Origin: Candidatus Poribacteria bacterium
GTDB lineage: Bacteria > Poribacteria > WGA-4E > WGA-3G
NCBI GenBank assembly: GCA_965197475.1
Contig: CBDANF010000002.1
Location: 192,001-256,000, forward strand
DNA length: 64,000 bases
Reading direction: 5' to 3'
Shown here: positions 61,601-64,000 of the stretch, one piece after another
Layout of the letters: each line of letters begins with the position of its first letter
How positions within the stretch are numbered: position 1 is the stretch's first letter
Program-made: the position numbers and the translations under genes
Notes under the pieces: generated by a model
Databases searched by the model: none
The model's input: the letters and a program-made list of their open reading frames with translations, nothing else
What the model was told of the DNA's origin: nothing

Positions 61601-62407
61601 AACCTCAAAAGCGGTTTCCTTTCTTGCGATGTTGTGCTTTCTTAAAATAGTTCGGAACTTATCGTATTTACCTGTTTTATCGTCAACATCAATGGGTTTG
61701 GTGTCCTCGGCGAGGGTGTAGTTGTCCTTACCGATTTGGTAGGATTGAATATTAGGTTCAAAAATACCAGTTTCTGTGAATTCTAATTTGTAGGTATCAC
61801 GCCAAACAGCGAATCGGTGTTCGGCTTTGTTAGCCTTTTCATAGGTGAGTAGTGATGTATCTTCTGCTAAAAATTGCTTATTGTCATGATGCGGAATCAG
61901 TTTGTATTTATAATCTAACTCATTTTCTAAGAAACTGGAAGCGTAAAGACATAAATATTGAATTTGGGCATCTTGGTGGGCATAACTAAATAACTGCCCC
62001 CCATCTTGACGGGTATTATCCCACGCCTTTTCAAATTCCTCGCCTGCAGTTTTGCACTCAATAATCAACAAAGGATTACTTTGTTGGTCTTTAACCAATA
62101 TATCAGCACGTCCACCACTGGCACTGTGCCCAATTCTCCAGGTTGGTTCAAGTTCTAAATGTTCGGGTTTGTAACCTTTGTCCAGTAACCTATGGACACA
62201 CTCAAACACAACAAAATTCTCATCCTTAGAGAAATTGCATGTGTCCTGTCGATTGACTTTTAAACCTTTATCTTCGGGGTAAATAATTTTTTGTTTGCCG
62301 AAGTCTACCTTCAAATCGACTTCACCAATTGATTTTTGGAAGATGTTCTCTTCTTCTGTGAAGCCAAGCGTTTTGAGTAGGTTTTTAAAGTTGGTTTTCG
62401 TTATCAT
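58604..62407 (-). CDS. Fused restriction-modification-specificity enzyme (HsdR-N-like nuclease, N6-MTase, two HsdS-type TRDs)
   Basis: GRADILV...IIECKT; GQFFTP, DYACGSGHFL, NPPF; WPLVKLG...IPLPP-x-x-x-QQQIV and GGTPSR...IPVPP-x-x-x-Q. Confidence 0.9.
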   Translation of the reverse strand: MITKTNFKNLLKTLGFTEEENIFQKSIGEVDLKVDFGKQKIIYPEDKGLKVNRQDTCNFSKDENFVVFECVHRLLDKGYKPEHLELEPTWRIGHSASGGRADILVKDQQSNPLLIIECKTAGEEFEKAWDNTRQDGGQLFSYAHQDAQIQYLCLYASSFLENELDYKYKLIPHHDNKQFLAEDTSLLTYEKANKAEHRFAVWRDTYKLEFTETGIFEPNIQSYQIGKDNYTLAEDTKPIDVDDKTGKYDKFRTILRKHNIARKETAFEVLVNLFLCKLVDEEENKDNLKFYWNGPAYDNYFDFVDRLQNLYQRGMRKFLNEEISYISREQIDEAFWPVKNDRNATKKKIHDFFTELKFFSNSAFSFLDTHNKDLFERNTAVLSEVVQMWQGLRLKTDEQNQFLGDMFEFFLDNGIKQSEGQFFTPLPICKFIVGSLPLEQKIIEKAEPIKVIDYACGSGHFLNEYAYQIKQFVQKQERVRYYNHITGIEKEDRLAKVAKVAAYMHGQEQIKILDADALASRPEIPPQSFDVLVANPPFAVEGFLQTLSDADKNEYKLIEATGENSNTNNIECFFLERIHHLMAPDGVVGVIVPSSILSNTEAVHNRTREILLQFFDIMSIAELGSGTFGKTGTNTVVLFLRRKKRKPEAADHYRNRVKVFFAGDDESEEYYQDHHLIKAYCHHIDVSYEEYIKLFAQTNLEPLADLLVYDIFQDYEQAFNQRTDIKNLKKSNVFKKKTPTEQSEELAQRLIDYLHTIEKEKLYYFILAHEQENKVLIVNAPNINKERKRFLGYEWSSAKGREGIKYEGGETVNDIITPLFDPKDPDNIAKINTAIKRNFIGETPDPLPEHCHYAKLTDMLNFSRVDFHKIISLNPQQNIDIETQWPLVKLGDEIETIETGNRPKGGVENISSGAWSLGGEHIHSTTGMVDLSTPKYVPLDFYRDSTRGKLQENDILLCKDGALTGKIALLREELNNENAMVNEHVFLLRCELQLKQYYIFNFLFSENGQNLLKHNITGSAQGGLNSTNLKEIKIPLPPSHKQQQIVDECEAVDQETAQAREAITTAKQEIEEKLQTVVSASSEIKKLGDITDIKSGGTPSRKNNAYWENGLIPWLRSEVCKETHISKNIDYECITEEGLNNSSAKWLASNTTLIALVGATKGKTAFLTFEATTNQNIAGIKSLSKNILDIYIFYCLKSLYKRIIQDLSQYDMLNLTEIKNIRIPVPPLNIQKQLAAEVGQLEAKITGAQAVIDEATERKNAILTKYL

Positions 62408-62503
62408 AGTGATGTTTTCGTTGGTTAGGGTATTCTACGGTCTGATTGAGATAAAATTCTACCAGAATTTGAGAAGGATGTCAAGTTTAGAATTTCGGGC
62501 ATC

Positions 62504-62527
62504 GATGCGGTTAGAAACCGCACCTAC
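62504..62527. repeat. REP-like palindrome
   Basis: gatgcggttagaaaccgcacctac, same family as 29895 and 20267. Confidence 0.75.
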
Positions 62528-62608
62528 CAGATGCCGAATTCGGAGAATTGCTTAATTCCTATTTTTGTGCTATACTCTATTCAGAACTTTGAAAAGGGAA
62601 AATGTTAA

Positions 62609-63529
62609 ATGAACACAAATAACGAACAAGACACATCAAAATCGGATCTACCTGAAGGTGCAAAATTTCGGCTTGGCAAAAGTAGTATAATAGGTAATGT
62701 AGCGTTCTCTCCAGATGGCACTCGACTTGCTGTTGCTGGAGACATCGGAACATGGATATACGATGCAGATACTGGTGAAGAGGTTAGCCTCCTTGCAGGA
62801 CATACGGAGTATGTTTGGAGTGTTGCGTATTCTCCAAATGGCGAGACTGTTGCTTCTGGAAGTTATGAAGAGATATGGCTATGGGATAGTGCAACAGGGC
62901 TTCCAAAAGCGACACTCAAAGAACATAGGGATTATGTCAGAGCGTTAGCATATTCACCTGACGGGAGCACGCTCGCGAGTGGCGGTGCGGACAATATTGG
63001 GATACTGTGGGACGTTGCCACAGAAGAACCAAAAGCCACACTCAAAGGACATTTAGGGTCTATAAGGAGTATTGCGTATTCGCCTGATGGCAGCACCATT
63101 GCCAGCGCCAGTTCGGACGAGACGGTGATACTATGGCAAGCTGCAACCGGACAATCTAAGACGATACTCAAAGGACATACACACGTTGTCAATTCAGTTG
63201 CATATTCACCTGATGGTGCGACAATCGTTACCGGAAGTTCTGATGGTACAGTGCGGTTGTGGGATGCATTCACCGCACGCCGTAAAAGCACACTCACAGA
63301 ACATAAGTTTTATATTTGGAGTGTGGTATATTCACCTGATGGTAGCATCATTGCAATTGGTGGTAGAGATGGCGCGGTGCGTTTAGTGGAGGTTGTTACA
63401 AGTCAAGTCAAAAACGAACTCAAGGGGCACATAGGTTCTGTTAGAAGTGTTGCGTATTCGCCTGATGGCAACACGATTGCCAGCGGCAGTGAAGATCATT
63501 CAGTACTTTTGTGGGACCTTGCTTTGTAG
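62609..63529 (+). CDS. WD40 repeat protein
   Basis: About seven repeats of GH...SVAYSPDG-x-TIASGS-x-D-x-x-V-x-LWD; N-terminal LPEGAKFRLGK. Confidence 0.95.
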   Translation: MNTNNEQDTSKSDLPEGAKFRLGKSSIIGNVAFSPDGTRLAVAGDIGTWIYDADTGEEVSLLAGHTEYVWSVAYSPNGETVASGSYEEIWLWDSATGLPKATLKEHRDYVRALAYSPDGSTLASGGADNIGILWDVATEEPKATLKGHLGSIRSIAYSPDGSTIASASSDETVILWQAATGQSKTILKGHTHVVNSVAYSPDGATIVTGSSDGTVRLWDAFTARRKSTLTEHKFYIWSVVYSPDGSIIAIGGRDGAVRLVEVVTSQVKNELKGHIGSVRSVAYSPDGNTIASGSEDHSVLLWDLAL

Positions 63530-63583
63530 CAGTTGATATTCTTGTGGGAAGGGTTTCAACCCCGATTTACAACCAAAAATATT

Positions 63584-64000
63584 CTACACTCGCATAACAA
63601 CAGGGAGAACTAACGGGCTCCGTTGCATCTGCTTCGCGAAAAACCGGCGGAGTGCGGTTCGTATCTCATCCTGCACTATTCCTGTTTCGTGTTTCTGTTC
63701 GTCAGTTAGATTTTCGATGACCTTGCGAGTAATTTCTTTCGCTTCAGTTACAAGGTCTTCCGAATTGTCCATGTAAACAAAACCGCGAGAAACAATCTCG
63801 GGTTCAGTAGCGATCCCACCGCCATCACTATGCAAGACAATAATTGGAATAACCATTCCATCTTGTGAAAGCTGGATTCTGTCCCGCAGAACAATGTCCT
63901 CAAGTTCATTTTCTGGTTTTCCATCAACCAATACCCTTCCCGATCGCCCCTGCCGTTCAAGCACTTCACACGACTCAGGCGTGAGACTAATCAGTTCTCC
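63584..64000 (-). CDS. rnj: Ribonuclease J, 3' part; gene begins beyond the window end
   Basis: G-x-VLVDG...VLRDR-x-x-LS-x-DG...PEIVSRGFVY...R-x-P-x-VLP. Frame is open to the window edge. Confidence 0.9.
   Translation of the reverse strand, partial: GELISLTPESCEVLERQGRSGRVLVDGKPENELEDIVLRDRIQLSQDGMVIPIIVLHSDGGGIATEPEIVSRGFVYMDNSEDLVTEAKEITRKVIENLTDEQKHETGIVQDEIRTALRRFFAKQMQRSPLVLPVVMRV

Overview
Bacterial chromosomal window, most likely from Candidatus Poribacteria, a sponge symbiont. This is inferred from the PhyH dioxygenases, sulfatase plus maturase, LamG and WD40 proteins and a recurring C-terminal 'V-x-P-x-x-K-L-x-T-x-W-x-x-I-K' tail. Housekeeping genes (mnmA, miaA, ppk2, leuCD, rnj, HIT) are interleaved with many defence-like loci: two Type II R-M pairs, an orphan MTase with an REase remnant, a fused R-M-S gene, an ABC-ATPase/small-nuclease pair, a DUF488-DUF488-(OB-RecQ) operon and a paired STAND-ATPase TPR/HEPN locus. 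An IS-rich island (46.3-52.1 kb) holds IS630, IS3, IS1595 and IS1 elements and one AT-rich metallopeptidase gene split by two of them. Intergenic regions carry nested REP/MITE-like palindromes. The most striking observation is that three same-frame ORFs at 52225-53814 (minus) form one homolog of animal selenoprotein N, with an in-frame UGA in the S-C-U-G-S-G motif and a second in-frame TAA. No rRNA, tRNA or CRISPR array was seen. All family assignments come from motif recognition by eye; no database search was run.
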